Notes: generated by a model not told the origin, from the sequence alone. Numbered from the stretch's first letter, positions 1 to 8,703 are shown. The stretch: 64,000 nt of DNA from a virus (IMGVR_UViG_3300043395_003072:1-64000); one strand, 5' to 3'. Numbers and translations are program-made.

Positions 1-11
1 CTAGGTGTGGG

Positions 12-182
12 ATGGTCCTAGACACAATTGAAGAGATAAACTCTTGTACGTATGAGTACGAGATCGTGCAAGAGGGAGGACTCTTCACTGTCGTAAAAAA
101 ATACGACAGAAAGCTAATTGAGATCTTCACCACCTTGGGCCAGGCTGAAGCCTGGATAAACGACATGGAGGAACCCTTCTGA
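12..182 (+). CDS. small hypothetical protein (may start before the window)
   Basis: Frame 3 is open from the window edge to TGA at 180-182; MVLDTIEE...AWINDMEEPF. Confidence 0.5.
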   Translation: MVLDTIEEINSCTYEYEIVQEGGLFTVVKKYDRKLIEIFTTLGQAEAWINDMEEPF

Positions 183-191
183 CGTTGCCCC

Positions 192-216
192 CCAGCTGCC
201 TTGGGCAAGCAGCTGG
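192..216 (+). promoter_or_regulatory. conserved hairpin, copy 1 (loop CTTGGGCAA)
   Basis: ccagctgc-CTTGGGCAA-gcagctgg; same loop in copy 2 at 517-543. Confidence 0.6.
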
Positions 217-279
217 AAATCTCAACCATCGCCTACAAAAACTTAATCCCTCACAACGTGAGGAGAAACGAGACGAGAC

Positions 280-507
280 ATGCATGCTCCGTGTCCTTCT
301 TGCTATCACGGGGATTTATTGCCCGTGACCCAAGCTATCCTCTCGTGCTCCAATTGCGAGTACGATGAAAAGGCCGTCTTGCTCTCCCAATGGGGGGAGT
401 GGGAACTCTGGGCAGAGGGTAGAGGGGTCCGCCTTTTTCGGGCGGGCATGAATTGGGGGTGGCATGCCTCCGCTGAGGAGGCATGGAAGGTCGTGGACGC
501 AGACTAA
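280..507 (+). CDS. small Zn-ribbon-like hypothetical protein
   Basis: CPSC...CSNC; preceded by the GAGGAG leader. Confidence 0.6.
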   Translation: MHAPCPSCYHGDLLPVTQAILSCSNCEYDEKAVLLSQWGEWELWAEGRGVRLFRAGMNWGWHASAEEAWKVVDAD

Positions 508-516
508 AAAGCGTCC

Positions 517-543
517 CTCAGTCACCTTGGGCAAGTGGCTGAG
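517..543 (+). promoter_or_regulatory. conserved hairpin, copy 2
   Basis: ctcagtcac-CTTGGGCAA-gtggctgag. Confidence 0.6.
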
Positions 544-592
544 TATTAATTGCCTGTCTAAACCTCGTATGAGGAGAAACGAGACGAAACAT

Positions 593-781
593 ATGCAGCC
601 GATTTATATTTGCTTGGTGCAGGATAAGAAAATTAATCATAGCAAATATTGGTCTCGTAAGGTAAAGCTTTGCATGGCTCGGGGTGACTATGAGTTACTC
701 CTGGACTGCAAGCATTACCTTGCGTTGTATGAGAATAAACACTGGGCCGCAAGGCTCATCAACAAGATCGAGGAGTGGTAA
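593..781 (+). CDS. hypothetical protein
   Basis: ATG 593 follows the same GAGGAGAAACGAGACGA leader seen before ORF 280; track start 464 is probably too early. Confidence 0.55.
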   Translation: MQPIYICLVQDKKINHSKYWSRKVKLCMARGDYELLLDCKHYLALYENKHWAARLINKIEEW

Positions 782-961
782 ATGATTCAAGCTTTAATAA
801 TGCTGGCAATTGTTGCTAAAGTGATCATTGAGCTTGGTATTGTGACCGCCATGGTATATTGCTTCTCGCACTACGGTGCGGAATCATTGTTACCCTGGTT
901 GGCGTTTTTCTTTGGGGGAATTGTCATTTCGCTCCTCAATATTGAGGAGCTAGATAAGTAA
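782..961 (+). CDS. small membrane protein
   Basis: 59 aa MIQALIMLAIV...; two hydrophobic segments; abuts both neighbours. Confidence 0.6.
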   Translation: MIQALIMLAIVAKVIIELGIVTAMVYCFSHYGAESLLPWLAFFFGGIVISLLNIEELDK

Positions 962-962
962 G

Positions 963-1205
963 ATGCTCTTTTGGTTTCTAAGTGCGTATATGGTGGCCGC
1001 CGTCTATAACACTCTTTGGTATATTGATGAGTTCTCATATGAACTCAATGATTGCTTGAAGAGTTATAAATATATTATGACGGTGGCTTTGTTTATTGGT
1101 GGGTTGCTCTGGCCTATGAATTTGTTTCAACTCCTCACAAATAAGGAGAAACATCTAAATGAGTGCCGAGAGATCTTCAAGAAACGACCTCGAAATCTAT
1201 CATGA
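963..1205 (+). CDS. small membrane protein
   Basis: Two hydrophobic segments; operon packing. Confidence 0.6.
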   Translation: MLFWFLSAYMVAAVYNTLWYIDEFSYELNDCLKSYKYIMTVALFIGGLLWPMNLFQLLTNKEKHLNECREIFKKRPRNLS

Positions 1206-1458
1206 AGCTTGTCAGAAGATGGGTGCCGCAAAGTTTTCAGACCTCAAGGATGAGTTGTCTGAGTTCATTGCGGAACCTAGTCTAGATGAGCTGAGTGATT
1301 GCCTGCACTCTTTCATGAGAGTATGCAGGCTCCCTTCAACCCTTACCTTCTTCGTCGCAAATAAAACTGCGATGAAGCATGTTAATCGTATGCGGGAATA
1401 TGGTTGCCCCCGTTCTAAGCGCAACCACCTGGCCAATAACTGTAACTGCAACAACTAA
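1159..1458 (+). CDS. hypothetical protein, possibly MazG-like helical fold
   Basis: AGGAG RBS; DELSEF...DELSD acidic pattern. Confidence 0.45.
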   Translation: MSAERSSRNDLEIYHEACQKMGAAKFSDLKDELSEFIAEPSLDELSDCLHSFMRVCRLPSTLTFFVANKTAMKHVNRMREYGCPRSKRNHLANNCNCNN

Positions 1459-1468
1459 GGAGAACAGA

Positions 1469-1900
1469 ATGAGTAATCAGCAAGCAATCGTCGTAAACCA
1501 TGTTGATATCTACAGGGCCATTCCTGAGGCACTTCGCCCCGTTTTCTACATCCACAAGATGTGGAGCGGGGTCAGCTGCATCCGCCTGGTCAAGGGCGGG
1601 TATAAGCAGCTCATGGAGCTCGGGAAGCAGTCTTTCGGGACTGAGTCTCATGCTTTGATCCTCTCCCTCGCGGAGACCGAGATTCTCCGTACGGCGCAGG
1701 CAACCAGGCCTCAGGTTTGGTGTTGTGCTCGTAGGGTGATCAAGGGTTCTGATGGGGTAGACTACGTTGGGGTGTTTATCTTCCTCGGGACCTCAAACTA
1801 TGAGGACTTTATGGAGGACAGCAAAAAGAGGCGGACCACCCAATCTCCTAATAACCCATATCAACCTGACAACACGGCACCTGCGCCGATGGAGTTTTGA
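1469..1900 (+). CDS. hypothetical protein
   Basis: AAGGAG before ATG 1469 inside track ORF 1379..1900. Confidence 0.6.
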   Translation: MSNQQAIVVNHVDIYRAIPEALRPVFYIHKMWSGVSCIRLVKGGYKQLMELGKQSFGTESHALILSLAETEILRTAQATRPQVWCCARRVIKGSDGVDYVGVFIFLGTSNYEDFMEDSKKRRTTQSPNNPYQPDNTAPAPMEF

Positions 1901-2202
1901 TTATGGGTATTAGAGCTGAATGGGACAAGGCTCCTGATTGGGCAAAGCTCCTCTTGGCGATTGCGAGTATCATCGCGATTGTTAAGTGGTTTCCTATCGT
2001 GGAGCTTTTGCAGCTGTTCTTCTATGTCGTGATCATCCCTCTCGGACTTCTCATGGCAATCGGCTTTGTATCGCACGAAGCGTTCGATAGCTTCATCGAG
2101 ACATACAAGGCGGTCATTGAGAAGCTTAGAGAGGGCAATAACACCCCCCCATCTGTTCAGGTATCTACTGAACAGTCTAATAATGAGGAGGCGTCCAACT
2201 AA
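1897..2202 (+). CDS. membrane protein
   Basis: Two TM-like segments. Confidence 0.6.
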   Translation: MIMGIRAEWDKAPDWAKLLLAIASIIAIVKWFPIVELLQLFFYVVIIPLGLLMAIGFVSHEAFDSFIETYKAVIEKLREGNNTPPSVQVSTEQSNNEEASN

Positions 2203-2273
2203 TGGAAGACGCACTCATCTTTAAAATCCTTATTATTTCAATCTCTTTCATCTTGTTCTTCTAAGGAGTAAAT

Positions 2274-2642
2274 ATGTCTTTCATTAATGATGTCTTGAGT
2301 GCTGTGCGTGAGATCGCTGCTACCAATGAGGAGCAGCGCCAAGTCGTGATCAAGAGCACGAAGCGCCTCGCTGAGGCGTATATGCTCGACATGTTCAGAA
2401 CGGTGGACTTCGTAGCGAAGATCACCACCAACATGGATAAGCAAGACTTGATCAAGCTTGCCTTCCCCTCCACCGCTCAGGCGATGAAGGTGATGAACCA
2501 GGAGATGGATAAGGCCTTTGCGCCTCCTCCTGCTCCTGAGCCCACTCCTGAGCCCGAGCTTCGGCTCAAGCCAAAGCCTAACCCCTGGGCTCCCAATCGG
2601 GAGGCTTGGGTTGCTATTTGTGAGAAGAACGCAAATGGGTGA
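2274..2642 (+). CDS. hypothetical protein with Pro/Glu linker
   Basis: TAAGGAG RBS; PPPAPEPTPEPE. Confidence 0.65.
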   Translation: MSFINDVLSAVREIAATNEEQRQVVIKSTKRLAEAYMLDMFRTVDFVAKITTNMDKQDLIKLAFPSTAQAMKVMNQEMDKAFAPPPAPEPTPEPELRLKPKPNPWAPNREAWVAICEKNANG

Positions 2643-2856
2643 TCGTGAGCTTAACGAGTTCCTAGATGTTCTAAGTCGCAATATTACCAAGTCAGTGCTC
2701 GGTACTGACGAGGGTCCCCTTGCGGCTCAGATAGCTAGGGAGTTCTATGCTCGTGCGGATAATAGGCGGCTTGAGATCAAGCAGTTGTTGGAGGAGTACT
2801 TGTTGATGAACAAGGGCGACCCAACAGACCAGATCCTCAAGCTGATCATCGAGTAA
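2635..2856 (+). CDS. hypothetical protein
   Basis: MGDRELNEFL... overlapping the upstream stop. Confidence 0.55.
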   Translation: MGDRELNEFLDVLSRNITKSVLGTDEGPLAAQIAREFYARADNRRLEIKQLLEEYLLMNKGDPTDQILKLIIE

Positions 2857-2881
2857 AAACCTCGGCGCGAGACGATTTGCT

Positions 2882-3120
2882 GATTCTACGCTTGCAAGAG
2901 GAAATCACTCATTTTTGAATGAGTGTTGGACCCCTAGAAAAAGTAGTCTCGCTTATCGATTCTACGCTCAAAACGGCAAATCAGTTTTGCGCCGTACTTC
3001 CTGCACTTCATCTCTTTGGCGGCTCCAAAGTACTGATTTTGCGATTCTACGCTTGTAGGCCAAAATCACTAGTTTAGAGCCCTCAAAAAATGAGTGTTCA
3101 ACCCCCCTCAAAAGTAGTCT
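2882..3120. repeat. intergenic iteron-like repeats: 3 x GATTCTACGCT-N9-AAATCAST plus 2 x 32-mer
   Basis: Copies at 2882, 2958, 3043; AATGAGTGTT-N-AAAAGTAGTCT at 2918-2949 and 3089-3120. Confidence 0.8.
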
Positions 3121-3143
3121 TTTACACTTTCAAAGGAGTTAAA

Positions 3144-3566
3144 ATGAGTCTTCCATGTCTTTGTGTGAACGAGAATGCCCCTCCTATGAGACTGGTGACC
3201 TTGATCGCCAAGCACTATACTCTTAACATTAGGAGTTCAGGAACGTCTTGGGGAATCACATTCTCTCTCGGTAAGGGTGTGATTGCTAGTGTGATCATGT
3301 CTGAGTATGCGTACTGCGAGCCCCGGGAGTATCGGAACAGCATCGACGACTACACTGAGGTAGAGGTCGCCTTTAAGAAGGAAGGCACCTCCGAGTGGTT
3401 TAACGTCGTTGAGTTCTTGGAGCTTGAGAATGATGATGATGAGTTGTCGAATAACATCAAGGATATGTTTGAGAACTCAGAGTACTACCTTTGCCCCTAC
3501 GCTCAAATTGTTGACGTAGACACTCTTTTTACCCTAATCAAGGAGGCGATGTATGAAGACTTTTGA
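3144..3566 (+). CDS. hypothetical protein
   Basis: AAGGAG before ATG 3144; ASVIMSEYAYCEPR...YTEVEVA. Confidence 0.65.
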   Translation: MSLPCLCVNENAPPMRLVTLIAKHYTLNIRSSGTSWGITFSLGKGVIASVIMSEYAYCEPREYRNSIDDYTEVEVAFKKEGTSEWFNVVEFLELENDDDELSNNIKDMFENSEYYLCPYAQIVDVDTLFTLIKEAMYEDF

Positions 3567-3855
3567 GTACGATACTGACTTGGAGGTTGTCTATCAAATC
3601 ATCTCCTTCTCAACCTGGGATGATGATGAGGAGGGTGATAGGCTGCAGGAAAAGGCAATTGCAGCAGGGTATCCTGAGGATGCTGTGTATTGCTTTCTTG
3701 CTGGTGATGAGTTTGATTTTGTGGGTAGAGATTTCTTTGAGCATATGGCGCCTAAGATTGTCTATCTCTTTGAAAACACTCCAGATTATGCATTTGAGAC
3801 GCTTGAGTTTATTACTCAGTTGGGTCTTAAAGAGGAAGAGTACAGGTGGATCTGA
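3553..3855 (+). CDS. acidic hypothetical protein
   Basis: AGGAGG RBS; acidic composition. Confidence 0.65.
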   Translation: MKTFEYDTDLEVVYQIISFSTWDDDEEGDRLQEKAIAAGYPEDAVYCFLAGDEFDFVGRDFFEHMAPKIVYLFENTPDYAFETLEFITQLGLKEEEYRWI

Positions 3856-3924
3856 TGGTCTTTTTCCTCTTTATTATGTGGTTTAGGCGCTGGCATAAGG
3901 AGCAGTTAGAAGGGTGAGTAGTAT

Positions 3925-3980
3925 GCCCCCCGACAGGGGGGCGAGGCTACGAACCCTTCAGGGTTTAGCCGATTTCTTCT
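3925..3980 (+). terminator. tandem GC-rich hairpins closing the left gene block
   Basis: gcccccc-gaca-ggggggc then ggcta..aaccct-tc-agggtt..tagcc and a T-rich tail. Confidence 0.5.
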
Positions 3981-4076
3981 ATAGTTATTAAAACAAAAAG
4001 GTACGCCTGTAAGGAGACCTAAAGTTTTGATATATATAGAGAAAATATAATTGGGATAAGTTGGTGTTATTGGGGT

Positions 4077-4146
4077 AGTCGTAAGTCGTAAGTCGTAAGT
4101 CGTAAGCCAAAAGCCGCAAAGCCTTAAGACTCGTATAGAGTCGTAA
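4077..4146. repeat. 7-bp tandem repeat (AGTCGTA)x4 plus degenerate copies
   Basis: agtcgta x4, then agccaaa agccgca ... gtcgtaa. Confidence 0.8.
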
Positions 4147-4162
4147 CCTCTCTTTTAGAGAC

Positions 4163-4393
4163 ATGGAGATTCTCATGTTAACGCTTGAAGATATTGATTA
4201 CTTGCACGCTGGTTTAGTTCGTATAAGCGATAGTCTTTACGAGATTCAGCTTGGTAATGTTTCAGCGATTATTACCGTGCTTGATAGTGAACGCTATTCT
4301 ATAGCGATGCTTGTAAATGGTCGTAAAGAGCATACTCATAGTCTTAATAGACTCAGTGAGCTTCTTGAGCTTGCTGAGCTAGATATGGTTTAG
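4163..4393 (+). CDS. hypothetical protein
   Basis: ORF track; GGAG near start. Confidence 0.5.
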   Translation: MEILMLTLEDIDYLHAGLVRISDSLYEIQLGNVSAIITVLDSERYSIAMLVNGRKEHTHSLNRLSELLELAELDMV

Positions 4394-4456
4394 CCAGGGT
4401 GATTTTTTACCCTGCGGCAAAATGCCGCACCCCTCTTACTTGGAGTAATAATACAC

Positions 4457-4642
4457 ATGTCTTTTGATATATGGTTGTCTTCATTTAATCGTTGCTCTTC
4501 TATGAAAGAGCGTCTTCGTTTGATCTCTCTTTTAGAGAGAGCTTTAATTAACAATATGGTAATAAATGTGCGCCGCGTTGATGACAAGTCAACTTGGGGA
4601 GATATTATTAATGCATGCATTAAAAGAGTACACCACTCCTGA
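4457..4642 (+). CDS. hypothetical protein
   Basis: GGAG RBS. Confidence 0.5.
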   Translation: MSFDIWLSSFNRCSSMKERLRLISLLERALINNMVINVRRVDDKSTWGDIINACIKRVHHS

Positions 4643-4814
4643 ACAATTACAGATATTAGACTCTATGGCTACTATAGCTGAGACTCTTACTAGATTAGAA
4701 TTATATGGATTACAGAGATTATCTGAGAAACAATATCAAGTATATCTAGAGTATTTAGATTTGTTGGATAAACAGAATATTAAATTACAGGAAGCTTATA
4801 ATGCAAACAAATAA
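4611..4814 (+). CDS. hypothetical protein
   Basis: GGAG before MHALKEY. Confidence 0.5.
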   Translation: MHALKEYTTPEQLQILDSMATIAETLTRLELYGLQRLSEKQYQVYLEYLDLLDKQNIKLQEAYNANK

Positions 4815-5085
4815 TAAGTATGCCGCCGCTGCTTTAGAGATTGCTAATCTTATTTCTCTTAAGCAAGAAGCTTATGGCTGTGCATTTGATAATGCACATA
4901 AAATTCTAGAGGTGTTATATCCAAATGGGATTACGCCCGATGATTATAAAGAACTACTCACTATTACTCGTGTGATAGATAAACTATTTAGGATTGCTAC
5001 TAATAATGATCCAGTATTTAAAGAAGAGCCTTGGAAAGATATCTGCGGATACTCTTTGTTATCTCTCTGTAGAAGTAATAAATAA
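4801..5085 (+). CDS. nucleotide-modification-associated helical protein (DUF1599/Nmad1-like)
   Basis: KQEAYG..F...RVIDKLFRI...E..WKDICGYSLL pattern. Confidence 0.55.
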   Translation: MQTNNKYAAAALEIANLISLKQEAYGCAFDNAHKILEVLYPNGITPDDYKELLTITRVIDKLFRIATNNDPVFKEEPWKDICGYSLLSLCRSNK

Positions 5086-5437
5086 AGAATTTACTTTTCT
5101 TGCTAGAGAGTTTGCTGAAGAGATAGTTTCTAAACTAGATCCTGCCAGCTATATAAAAGATAACTCTTATCTATTAGTTTCTAAAGTAGATCCAGCTTAT
5201 GTAGAGAATTATGAAAAAATGTGCGCCGAGCTTTTTCTTAGATATAATAAAAGAGCTCTAGACATTTTAACTAAAAAAGACTCAATGCTACTGATTTTAT
5301 TAAACAAGAAATACTTTATTGAAAAATACCTAAATATAACAGGAGATTTTCAAGAGTATTGTCTTAGTGTTATTAATGATTTAGTTAGTGAAGTAAGTAA
5401 ATCCGCTAAAGTCTTTGATAAAGGAACTTTCCATTGA
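4994..5437 (+). CDS. hypothetical protein (start uncertain)
   Basis: ORF track. Confidence 0.45.
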   Translation: MLLIMIQYLKKSLGKISADTLCYLSVEVINKEFTFLAREFAEEIVSKLDPASYIKDNSYLLVSKVDPAYVENYEKMCAELFLRYNKRALDILTKKDSMLLILLNKKYFIEKYLNITGDFQEYCLSVINDLVSEVSKSAKVFDKGTFH

Positions 5438-5703
5438 TATATTATTTATGCGCCGTCTATATGATCAGTTGGCTTCTAGTTTATTCAGTGATTTTCAATC
5501 CAGTTGCTGTTTGGCTTGCCAAGCGCTCTGAATATCTAGATAAGCTTCTCAGCTGTATGATTTGTACCAGCTTCTGGGTCTCACTCTCACTTCTCTACTT
5601 TGTTAGAGATTTGCCTACTCATCAATTTGTTTTAACCCCCTTTGTATCACTCTTCTTTGTAAGAGTGGTCGCTCACTTTGTAGGAGATTTACATGATGAT
5701 TGA
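5434..5703 (+). CDS. membrane protein with CxxC (DUF1360-like)
   Basis: LLSCMICTSFWVS with hydrophobic segments. Confidence 0.5.
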   Translation: MIYYLCAVYMISWLLVYSVIFNPVAVWLAKRSEYLDKLLSCMICTSFWVSLSLLYFVRDLPTHQFVLTPFVSLFFVRVVAHFVGDLHDD

Positions 5704-6133
5704 TCAATGCTTTGAGTATGATAATGAGTCCGGTGACTATCTGCTTCCAACTGAGATTGATATCTATGTAGTTGCTAAGCATCGAGATGACTCTCCTCTA
5801 CTCGAAGGAGAGTTGTATCGTTTAGTAAATATTCTAGATGCTTCTACTAGTACTGTTGTGCTTTTTCAAAGCCAGTGTGGTCAGTATAAATTCTGGGAGG
5901 ATTTATTTAACTTTACCAGGAAATATGATTTGGCGGCTTGTCCTCAAAACATTCCTGCAATGCTTTGGATTCTCAAGAAGAAGAAAATCAATTATACAAT
6001 TACCTCTGTTATGAATCCTGATAGTGGATTAGTTCAGTACTCTATTAAGAATGATACTACTGTCATTACAGGTTCAGAGCTTTATATGCTCTTGTTTGAT
6101 TTCATTGATAGTAAGGTTAACTTTCTATGCTAA
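5693..6133 (+). CDS. hypothetical protein
   Basis: AGGAG RBS; operon packing. Confidence 0.55.
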   Translation: MMIDQCFEYDNESGDYLLPTEIDIYVVAKHRDDSPLLEGELYRLVNILDASTSTVVLFQSQCGQYKFWEDLFNFTRKYDLAACPQNIPAMLWILKKKKINYTITSVMNPDSGLVQYSIKNDTTVITGSELYMLLFDFIDSKVNFLC

Positions 6134-7227
6134 CTAATAATGTGTCCGCCGTTTTTGGGTTGCAGTATGGCGACGAAGGTAAAGGCAAGATTGCTTCTGC
6201 TATGGCAGCAAGTAAACGCTTTAGCTTAGTTGCCCGTTATAATGGTGGCCCAAATGCGGGACACACTATTATGATTGGCGATAAAGTTTGTAAAACTAGA
6301 CAGGTACCTTGTGGAGCGCTACACAAGGTTAAGAGCTATATTGGTCCAGGCACTGTACTGGATCTAAAGAAGCTCGCTGTTGAAATTAAAACCTTAAATG
6401 ATACCCTCGGCTTTGATATTGAACAGTATCTAATTATTGATCCAAGAGTCCCTATTATAGAAGAAAAACATATCCAAGAAGATATTGAGAAGTACTCTGT
6501 AAATGGTACTGTATCTACTGGAAGTGGTATCGCTCCAGCTTATAAAGAGTTCTATGGTCGAACTGCTACTCTTGCAGGAGACTTAGAGTTACCTTATGAA
6601 GTTAGAGAAATGCATCGTACTGAGCATCTATTACTAGAAGGTGCACAGGGTATTTGGCTTGATCCTATTCATGGCAACTACCCAAATTGCACTAGTAGTC
6701 ATTGCTTACCTAGTTTTGCATCAGCAACATTTGGCTTTTCACCTTTAGCTTTTAAAGAGATAATTGGTGTCGCCAAGGTTTACGAAACTAGAAGTGGTGC
6801 AGATGATTATTTCTATTGGCCCAAGTCATTTAAAGGGGAGCCTTATCGCCCCAACGATGACCAGCTAAATAAGATTAAAAATCAACTAGAACAGCTACAA
6901 GTATTAGGCAAGGAATTTGGCGTAAATACAGGACGTAAGCGTGCATGTAAGCCACTAGATGTTACTGCACTATGCAGAGCAATTAGAACTTCAGGCACTA
7001 CTCATACAGTAATTCAAAAGCTTGATATTCTAAGAGAAGCAAACTTCTGGTTTGTTTACTTAGATGGTGAGCTTGTAAAGCTAGATAATGAGCAAGAGTT
7101 TTGCAAGATAGTTGATATGTCTATTAAGACTTATAGCAACTGCAAAAAGATTACCTGGTTATCTTCACCTTATACTTTTTATGATGAAGGAGATTTTGTA
7201 GATGATTTCCCGTTACACAATCCCTGA
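6127..7227 (+). CDS. purA: adenylosuccinate synthetase (short form)
   Basis: GLQYGDEGKGK, RYNGGPNAGHT, LEGAQG, YP.CTSS, TGRKR, KLD. Confidence 0.95.
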   Translation: MLTNNVSAVFGLQYGDEGKGKIASAMAASKRFSLVARYNGGPNAGHTIMIGDKVCKTRQVPCGALHKVKSYIGPGTVLDLKKLAVEIKTLNDTLGFDIEQYLIIDPRVPIIEEKHIQEDIEKYSVNGTVSTGSGIAPAYKEFYGRTATLAGDLELPYEVREMHRTEHLLLEGAQGIWLDPIHGNYPNCTSSHCLPSFASATFGFSPLAFKEIIGVAKVYETRSGADDYFYWPKSFKGEPYRPNDDQLNKIKNQLEQLQVLGKEFGVNTGRKRACKPLDVTALCRAIRTSGTTHTVIQKLDILREANFWFVYLDGELVKLDNEQEFCKIVDMSIKTYSNCKKITWLSSPYTFYDEGDFVDDFPLHNP

Positions 7228-8323
7228 TATGCAAGCTATCTGGTCTGATGAGAATCGCTTCTTCAAGTATTCAGTATTTCATCATGCTTATTTAACTGAG
7301 CTTCTAAAGCGTCCAGTTATTTTAACAAAGCTTGATCCTGATTATGAGAAGATCAAACAATTTGAGTCTAAAACTCATCATGAGATGCAAGCATCTTTGC
7401 TTGAGTTTGAAACTCGTATTAACCCTGATGATCTAGAAGCTAAGGCTAATCTTCATAAAAACCTAACATCTTCTGATGTAATCGACACTGTACTTGCGTC
7501 TACTATCAAAGAAGCTAGTAATCTTCTAAAAACAAAGATTGCTGATTGTTTTGATGTTATACAAAAGCTAGTAGATGATACTAATGGCATTTATACTATT
7601 GGAAGAACTCATGGAAAGCATGCAATTCCAATGAAAATGTCCAGCAGGTTCAAAAGAGAGCTACATGATATTCATCTAGTAGCTACTAGTCTAAGAGAAA
7701 ACTGTGATATTCCAGGAAAGCTAAGCGGTCCAGTAGGAGAGCTAGGCTATGATCATAAACTAATTAATGGCTTAAATGCTCAATTTAATCTAGTTAATTA
7801 CATGACTAATGGTTTCTCTAATCAATGTGTATCAAGGCATTATCATTCTAAAATTATCTATGATATTGCACTGCTTGGTACTCTAATTGAAAGACTAGTT
7901 ACTAATATCAGACTTCTATCTATGAACGAAATTGATGAGCTCAGCGAAGGCTTCTCTGAAGATCAAGCTGGCTCCTCTTCAATGCCGCACAAAAAAAACC
8001 CTATCCGTTGTGAAAACCTAGTAGGTATCGCACGCTTGCTGCGATCCTACGTTACCCCCTCCCTAGAAAATGTGCCACTATGGCTCGAGCGAGATATGAC
8101 TCATTCGAGTGTAGAGCGTGTTATATTGCCGGATTCATTTAACTTGATTTACTATATGTTTACCAAGTTGGAAGAGATCCTAAGTACTTTATCTATTAAT
8201 AAAACTTCTATTGAGAGAAATCTTCGCAATTACGAAGGTAGCTCATACAATGAGCTTAATAATTCAAAGCTACCTAGAAGCGAAGCTTATAATCTAATCA
8301 AAGATAAGTATCATGCAACTTAA
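7202..8323 (+). CDS. purB: adenylosuccinate lyase (C-terminally short)
   Basis: MISRY, HKNLTSSD, GRTHGKHA, signature GSSSMPHKKNP, ERDMTHSSVER. Confidence 0.93.
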   Translation: MISRYTIPDMQAIWSDENRFFKYSVFHHAYLTELLKRPVILTKLDPDYEKIKQFESKTHHEMQASLLEFETRINPDDLEAKANLHKNLTSSDVIDTVLASTIKEASNLLKTKIADCFDVIQKLVDDTNGIYTIGRTHGKHAIPMKMSSRFKRELHDIHLVATSLRENCDIPGKLSGPVGELGYDHKLINGLNAQFNLVNYMTNGFSNQCVSRHYHSKIIYDIALLGTLIERLVTNIRLLSMNEIDELSEGFSEDQAGSSSMPHKKNPIRCENLVGIARLLRSYVTPSLENVPLWLERDMTHSSVERVILPDSFNLIYYMFTKLEEILSTLSINKTSIERNLRNYEGSSYNELNNSKLPRSEAYNLIKDKYHAT

Positions 8324-8492
8324 AGATATCATCTCTAAAGAGCGATACAAAGAGCGCATGCAGACTTGTCTTAAATGTGAATACTACAATCCTACTCTGA
8401 AGCAGTGCAAAGAGTGTGGATGCTTCTTAATTCTTAAAGCCGCCTTATCTGTAACCAAATGTCCGAAAGGAAAGTGGAAAGATGAAGATTGA
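8313..8492 (+). CDS. small Cys-rich protein (DUF6171-like)
   Basis: R...CLKCE...QCKECGCF...K......CPKGKW; 59 aa, below the track cut-off. Confidence 0.7.
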   Translation: MQLKDIISKERYKERMQTCLKCEYYNPTLKQCKECGCFLILKAALSVTKCPKGKWKDED

Positions 8493-8703
8493 TATTAAAG
8501 ATTTAGATATTGACCTCAAGGATGATTACTACTACTGGGCTTATAAAAATTATCAAGGTGCTACTATCATTCACCTTTATCCAAAAGAAGTTGCTAAGAA
8601 AGCTTTAATTAATCTTAATAAGTCTATTTGGAAGCCTCTTGTTGAAACTAAGCACGATCCTGATCAACTCGAGCTTTTTACAGAGGAACAGCTAAATGGA
8701 TAA
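8482..8703 (+). CDS. hypothetical protein
   Basis: ORF track; ends QLELF. Confidence 0.5.
   Translation: MKIDIKDLDIDLKDDYYYWAYKNYQGATIIHLYPKEVAKKALINLNKSIWKPLVETKHDPDQLELFTEEQLNG

Noticed and set aside
127-2690. Minus-strand ORFs in the GC-richer left block
   Set aside because: Antisense shadows of RBS-led plus-strand genes, expected at higher GC.
2882-3070. CRISPR mini-array
   Set aside because: Repeats have a variable 9-nt core, spacers are 48 and 57 nt and one contains another repeat; no cas operon. The Cas4-like gene at 54427 is a common stand-alone phage nuclease.
6127-7227. PurZ (2-aminoadenine, Z-genome) synthetase
   Set aside because: Keeps the PurA catalytic Asp (GDEGKGK), the TGRKR loop Arg and the KLD GTP-specificity motif, which PurZ replaces; no DatZ-like HD phosphatase was recognised in the window.
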